Origin: Octopus vulgaris
Taxonomy: Eukaryota
Direction of reading: 5' to 3'
DNA length: 64,000 nt
Assembly: GCA_951406725.2 (NCBI GenBank)
Contig: OX597832.1
Location: 5,208,001 to 5,272,000 of the forward strand
Shown: positions 40,161 through 53,665 of the stretch, one piece after another
How the letters are laid out: the number at the start of each line of letters is the position of its first letter
How positions within the stretch are numbered: position 1 is the first letter of the stretch
The notes under the pieces: generated by a model
Seen by the model: only the letters and a program-made list of their open reading frames with translations
The model's database searches: none
Told to the model about the DNA's origin: nothing
Program-made: the position numbers and the translations under genes

Positions 40161-41593
40161 TTTTTGCTGCACAGATGTATAAAAGTAATACAATATGTAT
40201 TACTCTTGAATTCACTTTTGAATTTAGATTTTATTTCATTTTACATTTTTTAACCAAGTGTTTTTTCTGTAGATATATACAAAGCAAGTTCAAAGCTAAT
40301 GAAAATATGACTTATGGGGTTGGCTTCACTTTTCTATTATTAACACCTCAAGAACATAAAGCTATATTGATGAATATTAAGCTCTCACATTCACACTTTT
40401 ATACATCTGTGCAGCAAATTTACAATCATTTTGAATACCTGTTATACTTATTCACAAAAATGTTTGTTTTGATTCTTTTCTTTTCTATCTTTTTGTCTTT
40501 GATGTATGACAGTCAATCATGAAATGATTTACTAGTTATTCTGATAATTCACTCAAATCATTTCAAAGCAATGGCTTTCAATCACTTTTTGCCTATGGAC
40601 CCCTTTGATTCTTACCGTACTTGGGTGGATCCCCATAGCCATTCAATGTTTTAAAAAATCCCATTGCATTTTTATAATTATTAAGAATTGTATTAAAAAA
40701 TATTGTTAAAGTATTTTATAACTAATTTATTGCACTTTTTCAATTTGTATCTGAAGCAGCCGGAGATACGATAGTTTGACCAACAGAATCAGCTATTGCA
40801 ACAAAATTAGATATTGAAAAAAAAAAATGCATTTGGCTAAATTTGGACATACAACATTTTAACATAATAGCAACAATATAGTTTCAGGTTATTCCTGCTG
40901 CATGGTACCTTGGGTAAGTGTCTTCTACTTAGCCTTGGGTTGACCAAAGTCTTGTGAGTGGATTTGGTAGATGGAAATTGAAAGAAGCCCATTGTATAAA
41001 TATGTGTGTGTGTGTGTTTGTCCCTCACCACTGCTTGACAACCAGTGTTGGTGTGCTTACATATCCATGACTTAGCAGTTCGGCAAAAGAGACTGATAAA
41101 ATATTTACCAAGCTTACAATAAAAACAAGTCCAGGGGTTGATTTGTTCGATTAAAACCCTTCAAGGCAGTGCCCTAGCATGGACGCAGACAAATGACTGA
41201 AACAAGTAAATATATATATATAAAAAAGAGATAGATATATCACTATAAACCAGGACTGGGTCCCTTGGGAACTCCAGTGACATGTGACCCTTTCTGACAT
41301 GAATAATAGCATGTTTATGTAAACCCAACTTTTTAATAACATTTTGTGGCATTCTTTAGGTTCAACTCAGTTTGCTTCTATTTCTCATTCACTCACACTT
41401 TCAATCAAATTTCTATGATTTGCTTAGTGTAGTATGTGGTTTACTGGATACTACACATGTGGTTCATTAAATTAAATGTTTTAATGGTTGGTATGGCCCA
41501 ATATATGATGAGCAATATCAAATAAAACCATAGGATTTGTTGCTTAGGTTGCCAATGCATACTACAAGCCTTCTGACAAATATTACAGATAAG

Positions 41594-41634
<41 letters not shown>

Positions 41635-41824
41635 GTGCAGGTGGCACGTAAAAAACACCCACTACACTCGCGGAGTGGTTGGCATTAGGAAGGGCATCCA
41701 GCCGTAGAAACACTGCCAAATCTGACTGGGCCTGATGAAGCCTTCCGGCTTCACAGACCCCAGTTAAACCGTCCAACCCATGCTAGCATGGAAAACGGAC
41801 GCTAAATGATGATGATGATGATAA

Positions 41825-42225
41825 TACGAGCAAAACGCCCCACCTCCATCCAATGGACGGTGCTGAGTTGTCAAACGTTTAAACCAAATTTTCTCAAAAC
41901 AACTTGTCCAACCGTCCTATAGGCCTCCCCTTTAAGAAACACTGATTTAACCTAAATTTGAGACACCAGCAAAAGAAGAAATAAAGATAGACTTTTTTTC
42001 TATTCCAAAGAAAAACGATTTTATTGTACGTACAAATGCACGTTCCCATGGCTTTATCGATCACATTCTCACCTGGAATTGATTTTCGTAATTTTTTCAA
42101 GACTATACACGCCCTGATACCGTCGGTATCTACATATCAAATTTGAGCGCAATCGGATGGAGGATGCCCGAGATCTTAGAAGACACACAGACAGACAGAA
42201 TGTATGTGTCTCAGAAATTTATAGC
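41825..42225 (+). mobile_element. CpG-rich non-autonomous element, possibly Helentron/HINE-like
   Basis: AAATTTGAGCGCAATCGG followed by an (ACAG)n tract near the 3' end, recalling DINE-1-type elements; classification from memory only. Confidence 0.4.
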
Positions 42226-42859
42226 TTACTTTTATAATTTCGTTGCTGGATATTCATATTTACAAATCATTATCATCTCTAATTTTCAGTGTTATGTTAG
42301 AATTATCTATATTCATAAATCCACATATCTGGAAATCTAGATGATTTCAAATGTACTACTGTATTATTAGCTTTCACTTAACCTTGTATAAATGCAGCTT
42401 ACAAAATATACTGGTTTTATATTTTCAGTTTATTATAAGTTATTGGTTATACATCTTTCAGAGATTTGGAAACATTTTCCATATTTAAAAACAAATTTCA
42501 AAAGTAACACTGTGAGTGGGTGCTGAAAAGTTCCTGGCTTTGGGTAAAAGAAAATATAGAAGATCAGTTAATTATGATTTTATTCAATATATTCCCCTCA
42601 CAGATTCACACACTTTTTGCAGCAGTCCTTCAGTTTTTCTAAGCCCTGTAAAAGAACTAGGCCTTTTGTGGCACCCTTAAAGCCAGGAACTTTTCAGCAC
42701 CCCACTCGTGTAAAATCAGTAAGTAATCTATCATATCATTCTGAACAATCTCATGCTTCTATATTTCACTAAAATTTATAGTTTTTATTTTAGGTGCATG
42801 AAACAAGAAAAAACAAATGTCACTTGAGATTTGCATGTATATTAAGAAAAGATGCCAAC

Positions 42860-43017
42860 CTTTATTGATTCACGGTTAGAACATATGGCACTTTTATGCA
42901 TAGGTGTGAAACCATGTCTATTGCGAAAATCCATATGAGCTCCTCCACTGACCAAAGTAATAATCATACTGCGAGACTTATCTGAACCAAGGGTACATGA
43001 TAATGTCAAAGGAGTTT
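42860..43017 (-). CDS. SHANK: SHANK coding exon 6 (ankyrin repeats)
   Basis: tttacag|(E)TPLTLSCTLGSDKSRSMIITLVSGGAHMDFRNRHGFTPMHKSAICSNRESIK|gttggc, 158 nt, phase 1-0. Confidence 0.94.
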
Positions 43018-44895
43018 CTGTAAAAAAAAAAAAAAAAAATAAAAAAAAAAAAGAAAAACAAAGTTGAATTTAAATCATGAATTCAAAAACAATTGGAATG
43101 TTCTCAGTAACTATGGCAAGGCTCTCCATCAATTATGACAACTAGTTTTCCAGCTGATACAATCAACCAACAGCTTGCTTGTGAAATTAATGTGTAAGTG
43201 GCTGAGCACTTCACAGATGTGCATACGCTTAACATAGTTCTCAGGGAGATTCAGCATGACACAGAATGTGACAAGGCTGGTCCCTTTGAATTACTGGTAC
43301 AACTCATTTTTATCAGTTAATTGGACTGGAGCAATGAGAAAAAAAAAGTGTCGTGGTCAAGGACACAACATGCCTCTGGGTTTCAAACTCATGACCTTAC
43401 AACCGTCAGCCAAATACCGTAGCCACTAAGCAATGTGCCTTCTCTCAATAACTATGATGAATCTATAAACTCTAAAACACTGCTAGTATTTGGTACAATG
43501 TTTAAATCAATAAAATTAGAAATAGATTGTCATCAGCATTTGGGCTGTCATCATCATCACCAATGCTGCTAAACAAAACTTCATCTAATCCATACCAGCA
43601 TGGAGAAAAAAATGAACATAAAATGATAATGGAAGAGTAAGTAGGATCTGCCTCTGATACTCTCTCCATCATCATTTTCATGTCCATTCTTTTTTTCCAT
43701 GCTGGTGTGGTTTCGGTCAGTGGTTCTCAACCAGGGTTCATATGACCCCATAGCGGTCCATACAAAATTTTGTTATTAAATTTTATTTGCAATAAATTAG
43801 TTATAATACTTCAATACTTAAAATATTTCAACTATTTTTATTTATACAATTCTTAATAATATCTAATTATAAAAATACGACAGGATTTTTTTTAAACATC
43901 AAATGGCTGTGAAGTCCCACGCAAGTAAAATGGGAGTTCAAAGGGATCCATAGGTTAAAAATGATTGAGAACACTTCTTTAGATGAAAATTTGTTGAGGC
44001 AGATTTACTACAATTGACTGGATGCTTTTTCCCACCTTGCAGCAATGGGACTGAACTCAAAACAAAGTGGTTGGGAAACTAACTTCTTAACCATATGGTC
44101 ATGCCTGTACCTGCATGTGCAATGAAATTAGTGAAGATTCCAGAAAATGAGGGAAAAAACAAAAAAACAAAACAAAAACAAAACAAATATATTTCTTCAG
44201 CACTAGTCAGGTATGAAGGTAGTCAACAGAGATTGTTGAAGATGGTATGGATTAAAAATAAGCTCTATAACTGCTAGTTCTGTCATGTCTGGTTATAACT
44301 GTATTTGATGATAGCAATGTCATAGAATGGAACCAGTTTTTCAACATCAAAATTTATCATTTGTTATTCAGGGGTTTGTTAGATTTTTTTGGCAAGTGAT
44401 GTCCTTAAATTATTTAAGACAAATATATTTTTAATCTAAAACTTAGAGAACAGAGAAAAAATACATGAATATGACAAAATGATAAATATGGAAATAGTCA
44501 AATACTCATTAAGTATACTTTTAAAAACACTAAGATTACACACGCTGAAACAGTATATTTTGTATACATAGTAAGTGGTCAGTCAACTTGAACATTTTAG
44601 AAATGAAAACTACACAGGTTTGTTGAATTACACAAGGGTTACAGAATTAAAAAAAAATAGAAGTTCAGTCAGGTTCAATATTTTACCTGTCTGATAGCAG
44701 ACTAGTAAATCAAGTTAGGCCTAACTATTGACTGAATTAAACTGTTCTGTCACAACCAGACTAGAAGGAGTAGAGAGCATTCTGAAAATATCCCCAGAAT
44801 TGGATCTAATTGTTTAGTAAATAAAATATTTGTAAAGTAATACAATTTTGTACTCTAAATTAAATTATGGTAGTAACTTATTTGAAATTTCTTAC

Positions 44896-45004
44896 CTCCA
44901 CTGTCTCTATCAATATAATTTGGATCAAGTCCTTTTGTGAGAAATTTATCCACTCTTTCTTTATTTCCATGTTTAACAGCATCTATAAATTGTTTCAAAT
45001 TAGC
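44896..45004 (-). CDS. SHANK: SHANK coding exon 5
   Basis: ttccag|ANLKQFIDAVKHGNKERVDKFLTKGLDPNYIDRDSG+G|gtaag, 109 nt, ends in phase 1. Confidence 0.95.
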
Positions 45005-47236
45005 CTGGAAGAATAACATAAAATAATAACAGCAAATATTATAGAGCAGTAAATAAAAATATAATCCTAAATCTAGTATGCATGGGGTTATTTTTCACTC
45101 CCATTTATTTTTAATCAACAATTAAATTTATCTGATGAATCATAAAATAATTTTTATTGGCTCAAGCTTCAGGTTTTGTCACCACCATAGGTTAAACAGG
45201 TTTATGTCTTCACTTTTACCTGTTAATACAAATAGAATGGATTCACAAAATTACAACCTTCATTTTCTTACTAGTCCCCACTAAACTACCTATCGACCTT
45301 ATTAATATCAGACTATGAGCTTGATTCTATTTGGTAGGATCTGAAACCACATCAAAGTTAAATGCTCAACAAAAATGAAATATATACGTTTCCTGATACA
45401 CAGCATGAAAGTGTGGTGCACAGTCAAGGTGTCTAAGAGAATTAAGGAAAACATTAACTTTTTAACTTTTTTTTTTGTAGAGAGGGATTTGGGTCAAAAT
45501 ATTTCTATGCATTCTATGGGAAGATAGAAATAGTGATTTCAAATTTTGGCACAAGGCCAGCAATTATGAGGGGAAGGGGAAGTTGATTATATTGACACTA
45601 GTGCTCAACTGGTACTTATTTTATCAACCCCTAAAGAATGAAAGGCAAGTCAACCTCAACAGAACTTGAACTCAGAATATAAAAATGGATGAAATGCCAC
45701 TAAGTATTTTGCTCAGTGTGTTTACAATTCTGCCAGCTTGCTGCCTTAATGGAAGAGAAATATTGTAACAGGTGAGTGGCTGAATAAGAAAAGCAAGTAA
45801 TTGGTCAGTTTCACATGTATTAAATTTTAGAGAAGAAATGAAGAAAATATTGAGATAGAATCTAAGAATTGGGATGCAAAAGAAGTGGTTGGATAATCTG
45901 TATTAAATGGGGATAAATAAACAAAAGCAAGTTCATTAACAGAAGAAGAGGATGCAGAGGCAATAAAATAAATACAAAAAAAAAAATGCTAAATGATAGG
46001 GCATGTTTGAACTTGAAGGTAAATGGAAGATTGCTTCAAAGTGTTTTGTTGCATTATAATTGAAAATGTGGTGGTTGCCGTTTCAGAATGTGGATATTAT
46101 TCAGGTGTAAGGCATATTCATATATTGTAAAAGGTCAGAAGCTGTTCAAGGTTAAACTATTTCTTTGTTCTGCAAAGGGAGCTTGGTCCTTGCGGTGTAA
46201 CTTGGGATATGTTATAAATGTGTGATTGCCATAACAAGGTATCAGAGGTGGTGAAGAATGGCATTTTGATGAAATGTAATAGTTTCGGTTTTGAATTATT
46301 CACAAGTAGAAATGCAATGTTAATGGTTTATTTCCTGGAGATGAATAAAGTTTGCGTTTTGATGTTGTAGAGTAAGATTAAATTGTCAAGTCCCTATTGT
46401 TGGATGCATTTAATGGAGAACATTATCATCTCTTATTAGCAGGGCTAATAAGAGATGATAAAATATGTGTATGAATAAAGCATGTAAGCAGAAGATCAAA
46501 GAGAAGTGTAGACTATCAATATATTCAGTATAGAAATATATGTGTTAATAAGATACAAAAAGGTTACACAAGTGGTTAGTGTTTGATAGAACTTATGGTG
46601 AGGCACCTTTGCCAAATGATTCTTATTAGACATGTTTGAAGTCTTTTGTGAGACTGGTAAGAATCACAACTGTGCTTTCATCAAAACTTTCAAGAGGAAG
46701 CCATCTTTAGTTTATAAGACAAGTGAGATAGTTAGCATGGATTCTCATAAGATCTGAAAAGCTTGTAGTTGGGATGGTTGAAGAAAACAGAAAGAGATGG
46801 TATATTAGAGAGAGGTAAGAGTATTCTGATGACAAGGACCAACTAAAGAACGTTTATTTTCTTTGAGCTGGATACCATACCATCAAGGCAAACTATTTAG
46901 TTAGAGTATTTGAAGGTGCAAATACTTGGGGCTGTGAACAGAGAAGGAGAAGGGGAGCTAGGAATGGAATATCTAGGAGAGAATCATTACATGCATCAAA
47001 AGTGAGGTTCAGTGCTAAGGAGGAAACTTTATGTACTGTTTAAAAACAAATACAAAACACCTGTCTTGAAGAATGGAGAATAGAATAATTCTCCAAAATT
47101 GAATGAAATGTCATTGTCAAAGGAACATAATGTTTTGCTAAAATTGGGAAGGATTCAGAACATCTACTGGCAAACGAAAGTCTCTAAACTGTGAATTTAT
47201 AAGGAATAAATAATTACTTTAATGCTTTATGCTTAC

Positions 47237-47308
47237 TTTATTGTGTATTTGCTTTAGTTTCCTTGTGTTGAGTTCCATACTTCTGTAAACACGACGTTTA
47301 AACTTGAA
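47237..47308 (-). CDS. SHANK: SHANK coding exon 4 (SPN-ankyrin linker)
   Basis: ttttcag|FKFKRRVYRSMELNTRKLKQIHNK|gtaagc, 72 nt; matches SHANK FRYKRRVY...KLHTK. Confidence 0.94.
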
Positions 47309-47430
47309 CTGAAAAATCCAGAAAGAATACGAATATAAATCTCCAAATCTTAACAAAGATTACAATGTTAAGATGAATGGTTTTAGAAAAAGAACAATCA
47401 AAATAAAACAAGAAAAGTGTACAAACTTAC

Positions 47431-47556
47431 TTCCAGGTATCCAATAGGACCTGACAAAGGGTATTCTCTGAGTAATCTTTCTTCATCAAGAAATTTCCCA
47501 GCTTTACCATTTTGGGGAGGACAATACAATCCATAATTGTAGCCATCACGGAGTTC
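47431..47556 (-). CDS. SHANK: SHANK coding exon 3 (SPN domain)
   Basis: ttccaag|ELRDGYNYGLYCPPQNGKAGKFLDEERLLREYPLSGPIGYLE|gtaagt, 126 nt; diagnostic NYGL and GKFLDEERLL motifs. Confidence 0.96.
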
Positions 47557-48214
47557 CTTGGAAAATACAGAAATGTTGACTAGTTACATAGGTACAAAAA
47601 GTCAGAGACTTAAAGAGCCTGTAACACTCATACTTTTCTCAAGAACAATGTACAGTGAAATGGTTGGTTACCATCAGAAATTAAAAACTGCAAAATGAAT
47701 TTGGTTTCCCAGGAGTTTGCACATTGAAAAATTCACTAAAAGTTAAATATTGCAGAGAATATGCAGGGTTGTGTAATATGATGTTCATTTTATAGGTACC
47801 AAGTTTCAGGTTTGTCCCAGTGTATGACACCTTGTGAGAGAAATTGGTAGACAGAAATTTATGGAAGCCTATCTTAAAAACACCCACCCACCTGATTTAT
47901 GGATTCTTAGATGGATACAATCACACAAACACACATGCATACATTTTGTGAGTGCATGTGTGTGTGTATTTAATTTTTTGGGGCTTGTTTATTATGAAGT
48001 TCTCAAAATTTCTAGGCAGTGGTAATCATGTACAGCATTAATTTATTCTTTTCAGAAATCATCAGCATTATATAACCAGGAATTTATTAATTAAACATTT
48101 TAAGACTGAAACTAGTAAAAGAATAAACATTCATAAATCGAACTATTTAATGTTAAACAATGTTCAAAGCATGAAGCAGTGTTCATAATGTCATCACAAA
48201 AATATGTTACTTAC

Positions 48215-48286
48215 TGATCCAAAACTGGCAAGTATTTGCTGTTTGGCATGCCAAACAGATTCACCCAACTGGAACTGTAGGCATTT
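48215..48286 (-). CDS. SHANK: SHANK coding exon 2 (SPN domain)
   Basis: ttttag|KCLQFQLGESVWHAKQQILASFGS|gtaagt, 72 nt, phase 0-0; matches SHANK KCLR...VWxAKQ. Confidence 0.93.
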
Positions 48287-48916
48287 CTAAAATAAGTACA
48301 AAAAAGAGAGAAAAAGAAAGAAAATGTAATTACTATTCACTAGTTTATTAAATGATTTCAGAAAACTGAAAAAGAATTTTTTGAAAAAATTTTCAAAACA
48401 TTTCAAGGCAAGATTTGCCAAGTAGATCTGTCAAGGTGGCGAGCTGGCAGAAACGATAGTACGCCAGGTGAAATGCTTAGTGATATTTCGTCTGCCACTG
48501 AGTTCAAATTCTGCCGAGGTCGACTTTGTCTTTCATCCTTTCGGAGTCAATATAATCGACTTAATCCATTTGTCTGTCCTTGTTTGTTCCCTTTGTGTGT
48601 AGCCCCTTGTGGGTAGTAAAGAAATAAGATTTGTCAAGTAGAAAAGAAAACCTAAGAGCAATTAGTTGATGTCTACCATTACAATTTTTGCATAGAAGAA
48701 GAAACTTCAGCTAAAAATAGCTTTAATTAATATTCTTTCTATCATAGACACAAGGATCCCAGTGCTCAGCTGATATTTATTTTATTGACCCTGAAAGAAT
48801 GAAAGGCAAAGTTGACCATGGTGGAATTTGAATTCAGAACATAAATGCTGCTAACCATTTTGTTGGGCATACAAATGCTTCTACCAGATCAATGCCTTAA
48901 TATATCTTTAATTAAT

Positions 48917-51900
48917 TGTTGTAATCCTTTAAGTCGGATTGTGATAACGCCCACTTTGGTATAGCAGTATAGTTGTTAGACCAGTAAAGACATGACTAAG
49001 AACGTCTACTTTATACTCTCTTCATATACTGACCAACATCACCTTATTTATAGCAACTAGCATATATCACTTGTCACATGGGAGGGGTGTACCATTATTA
49101 CTATTATCCCCATAATATCCCTTAAGTTTTCTTAGGGAGTGTCATTTTATTTCTTTTATTAGCAATAATTTTTATATCACCCCACCTCCAATTTTTTAGT
49201 TTTGTTTTTTCTTAGTTATACATTTAATATTTTTTTCCATTTGACATCCACTTCCAGGAACTTTGTACATTTTCTTTTTCTTATGCTTGTTCTCCTGGGT
49301 TCAATCACTTGTAAGTGGCATTAGTACTTGAAAAGTATCATGTAACCATTCCATTGGTTCTTCCATTCTCTTGGGTTCACTCTCAATGAATCTTTTTTCC
49401 CGTTGGTTCATGTGTCTCTTGTATATACCTTTTCCACTTTTTACCAAGAATAGCCTTTTTCCTATGTTTGGTAATTACACCATCTTCCCAACCCTGTTTT
49501 CATTTCTTATATTCCCTCACAAATACCTTCCCACCAATTCTGAAAAATCTTGCTGTATTGTCCCTTGCAATTTTTCTTTTCTTGCGAGGTAGCAATTTAT
49601 CGAAGACTGATTTTATTTTCCTCGCAAACATCAGCTCCACTGATGACATACCTGCTAGTGTATTTGGATTTGGTGTCATGGTATACTCTTAAGAACTGTT
49701 GTAGAGCTACCTTATCCATAACTTCCTTATTCGACTTTCTTTAGGGTCTCTTGAACGTATTGACAAAACATTCTGCCTGTCCGTTAAATCTAGGATGGTA
49801 TGGCACAGTTGTTACTTGTTCTGCTGCAAATGTTTTACAAAACTTTTTAAATTCAAAAGACACAAATTGTGTTCCATTGTCAGATGCTATTGCCTCTGGG
49901 ATGCCAAATCTTGCAAACAGCTTGTGTAAAAAATTTGTCAGTTGAGGAGGTTGTTTTTTTTACACTTACAAATTTCTAGCCATTTAGAGAAACTATCAAC
50001 TACCACTAAATAGTATGAACTGTTTAAAGGACCAGCGAAATCGATGTGTAGTCTCAACCATGGAACATCTACTTTTGGCCAAGGTTCACCTTTTATCATC
50101 AGTAATTTTGCCACAGGCAGTATGTTCTGTTTTGGCTTAAATACAAGTGTTGCCCTTCGTTTTACTGAAATTTTTGTCTTTGTTTTTGTGCCACAACTCA
50201 GTTCCTCTGAGAAAACATCTAGAAATAGAACCTTTGACTGTATATTATCATGCTATGATTTCTAATAGATAATTATCTAGTTTATAACAATATTAATGTG
50301 TTTTCATTTATTACTTTACAATCTTATTGCATATTGATTATTAATTAATTACAATCTTATTGCATATTGATTATTAATTAATTATATTAAGTAACAATAA
50401 CTTCACACAAAGGTCACTGAACAAATCGTGACATATTTTCTATTTGATTTTGGTTACACTTGTATTTGCACATCTAGTAGACTATAATCTCTCTCTCCCT
50501 TCTCTCTTATATTCCCACTCAAAACACTTATGGTCATATTCCAAAATTTGAACAATTTCATCCACTCTGTGTGGAATAGATTAACTGAATTTTTTAGCAC
50601 ATATTTTTGCCATTTTCATTTGGTCATAAAATGTTACTTTACACTCAAATTCACTTACAAAATACAATCTTTTGCCTGTAACACCATGTGCAACTTTTGT
50701 AGATTTAATTAGTTTTGGTTTACCAACATACTTTCTAGTTTCTTCATTTACAATGGTAATATCACTTCCAGTGTCTAACTGCATTTTCACTCTGATATTT
50801 TTAATTTTCACATTTACGAATTTTCTCTTTGTTATGTTACTATTTTCTTTCAACGACATACTGCTTATTCTTTTTTTTTTGTTCCAACATTTTGTCAACT
50901 TGGTTTTACAGTGTGTTTTTATGTGTCCAACTTTTCCACAATGAAAGCATTCTGCTTTCTTAAAAGGACAGTTTTTCCTTGGGCATAAACCCCCACATGC
51001 AAAACATAGGTTTTTTTCTCCTGACGCTTGTCCTGTTTGTACTATATTTTAGTATACACTTGATTTCTATTCTGCCTATTTTGCACTTGTTTCACTTGGG
51101 AGCAATCTTTAAGTTCAATTTTCTCTGTGTCATGTCTTAAATTTTACTATTCTTTCACACTCTTCTGACACTTGTTGTAAAGTTACAGCTTGGTTTTGTT
51201 CTAGCTTAGCAAGAATTCTTGTTCGTACTTTTGCTTCTGTGTCTGCAGTTAGTCCCTGAGTAAACATCAAGCACTTGAACACATCTGGCATTAATTCTTC
51301 CAGCTTGAACTTTTCCCATTCCCTGTTAACTCTACCATCATATGTGATGTAGTCCTGCTCATTGTTCTTTTTTAGGCTCAAACATTTCCAGCATATATTG
51401 AACAACGAGCTTTTCTCACTAAAAATTTTACACATTATGTCTACTGTATCTATATCTAAAGTTTATGTCAGAAAGTTTTTTCAGGAGTATGCAATTGCAG
51501 TAACTCTCATGTTCTCCTGCTGCCAGTTTTCTTGAGATTAGATATGTTTTAATATCGTCATCCCAATCTTTGCACTCTTTATTGAAGATTTGTTCATATT
51601 TTCTATAGTAAACCTTGAAAGTAACTCCTTTGTCTGGTTCATACTTAAACTCTCTTATCAAGTTCACAACATAATCTGGTGAGAACATTTTTTCAGTATT
51701 TCCTGACGACTTACTCTTCATAAATTGCAGCATTTGTTGCTGTAATAATGATTGTCGTTGTTGCTTTTGTTGTTGTTTTTGCAGTTGTAGCTGCCACTGT
51801 TGTTATTCTTTCAGTTGTTGTTATTGCTTCAGTTATTGTTCTTGTAGTTCTAGCTGCTGGTGTTGTTCTTTCAGTTACTGTTGTTGCTGTTTTTGCAAAT

Positions 51901-52226
51901 CAAGCAAACCAGCCAACAAATTTTCTATAATTTTATGATTTTTTTTATACCATAAAATTCGCACTAAAAACTTTTGTGAATTTTGTAACTCCTCATGAGT
52001 TTGTTAATTCCTCATTGCCACTGTTGTAATCCTTTAAGTTGGATTGTTATAACACCCACTTTGGTATAGCAGTATAATTGTCAGACCACTAAAGACACTA
52101 CTCTCTAAGAAAGTCTACTTTGTACTCTCTCCCTGTACTAACTGACGTCACCTTATTTATAGCGACTAGCATATACCACTCATTAGGTGGGAAGAGTGTA
52201 CCATTAATACTATTATCCCTATAACA
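48917..52226 (-). mobile_element. Gypsy LTR retrotransposon, decayed, RT/RNase H deleted
   Basis: LTRs 52022-52226 and 48917-49117; PBS-like TGGCAATGAGGA; CFHCGKVGHIKTHC zinc knuckle; protease LDTGS; integrase LHIDFAGP, SDNGTQF, YHPRFNGQAE; flanks TTAAT/TGAAT (imperfect 5-bp TSD). Confidence 0.92.
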
Positions 52227-53384
52227 TGAATAAAAATTTCAGAAATGCCAATTGACAGAAATAAATACAATTACCAACAGAGATTTTAATTGAACAAAAC
52301 TTATAAATTGAAAACCTGAGACAATGGGACAAGTCATATACCAGAGAGAACTTTCATAATATTATTAGTTTTCAGCCTAAGGTGGTGATCTTGTAGAGTC
52401 ATTACCATGCTGGGTAAACAGCTTAACAGCATTTCAGCAAGTTCTTTACATCGAGTTCAAATGACTCCAATGTCGACTTTGCCTTTCATCCTTTTGAAGT
52501 CAATAAAATAAGTACCAGTTGAAACACTGGAGTCAATATAAGTATCCCAATCACTTCAAAATTGCTGGCTTTGTGTCAAGATTAAAAAAGAATTACTAGT
52601 TTTCAACCTCTTATTGCAGTTTTTTTTTTAAAGATTAACAAAAAATAAAAAAATTATATTTCCATGTTGCATTTTTAAAATATCTTAATTCAGTATTCCA
52701 ATATAAACATGGCCATTTAAGCCAATGCACTATCAATTATTTCACTGTGCTTAGATAAACATAGCCATTTAGACCATAACTTCAACAAATAATTGGTATT
52801 AAAACAGAAACAAAAATGAACTATTTAACAAGTCAATTCTTAGTTTGGTGGGGCAGAGGTATGTATGATACATCGATAGTGTTCTTAAAGCTCTGATTGT
52901 ATTCAAAGAATCCAGTTACCGAAGAATTAGTCCCTACTGATGGAAACATAACTCTGTGGCTGTGTGGTAAGAAGTATGCTTCCTAACCACATGATTCTGG
53001 ATTCAGTTGCACAGTGTGGGACCTTGGGCATCTTGGGCTATAGCTTTGGGCTAACCAAAGCCTTGTGGGTAGATTTGGTAGCTGGAAACTGGAAAGGAGT
53101 CTGTCGTATATGTGTGAATGTATGTGTGCCTTCATGTCTGTATTTGTCCCCTACCACCACTTAATAGCTGTTGGTGTGTTTATGTCCCCATAACTTAGTG
53201 GCTGGGAAAAAGAGATCGATAGAATAAGTACCAGACTTTAAAAAATATAAGTACTGGGGTCAATTTATTCAACTAATAACTCTTCAAGATGGTGCCCCAG
53301 TATGGTCACAGTCTAATGCCAGAAATAAGAGAAAAGGAATAATATAAAAGAAACACTAGAATTATTCCATGATATTATAGTCTA

Positions 53385-53665
53385 TTGTAACCGAATGATG
53401 AATGAGAATGGCTGGACACATACTAAGACTTCCAGAGGAGAGGCTTGCCAAAACAGCCATGGGCTGGATGCCGCTGGAAGGTAAGAGACAAAGAGGCCAG
53501 CCAAGGAAGACATGGCACAGTACCTTCAAAGAAGACCTACACAGACTGAACATCACCTGAGAAGAAGCATACCAGTTGGCCTGAGACAAAGATAACTGGC
53601 AATCACTGACTGTCCAATGTGCCACTCATAGGCACCAATGGACCTAAGAGAGAAGAGAGAGAGAG
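53385..53665 (+). mobile_element. 5'-truncated RTE-type LINE end with (GA)n tail
   Basis: AGHILRLPEERLAK...GKRQRGQPRKTW; exact 11-bp TSD ATTATAGTCTA at 53374-53384 and 53666-53676. Confidence 0.88.

Noticed and set aside
39932-40522. 196-aa ORF
   Set aside because: Antisense SINE sequence followed by AT-rich intron; the same peptide recurs at other SINE copies.
41733-41760. CTGATGA followed by an AGCC/GGCT stem
   Set aside because: No GAAA box; it arises by mutation of the RTE 3' UTR motif CTGGTGCAGCC.
45900-47200. Traces of an old LINE RT (KVPHHK-like) on the minus strand; similar endonuclease-like traces at about 33000-33560
   Set aside because: Too decayed to assign family or boundaries by eye.
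48042-48128. GAAACTAGTA with a flanking TTTATTCTTT/AAAGAATAAA stem
   Set aside because: The CUGANGA box and stem II are missing; at most a dead hammerhead remnant.
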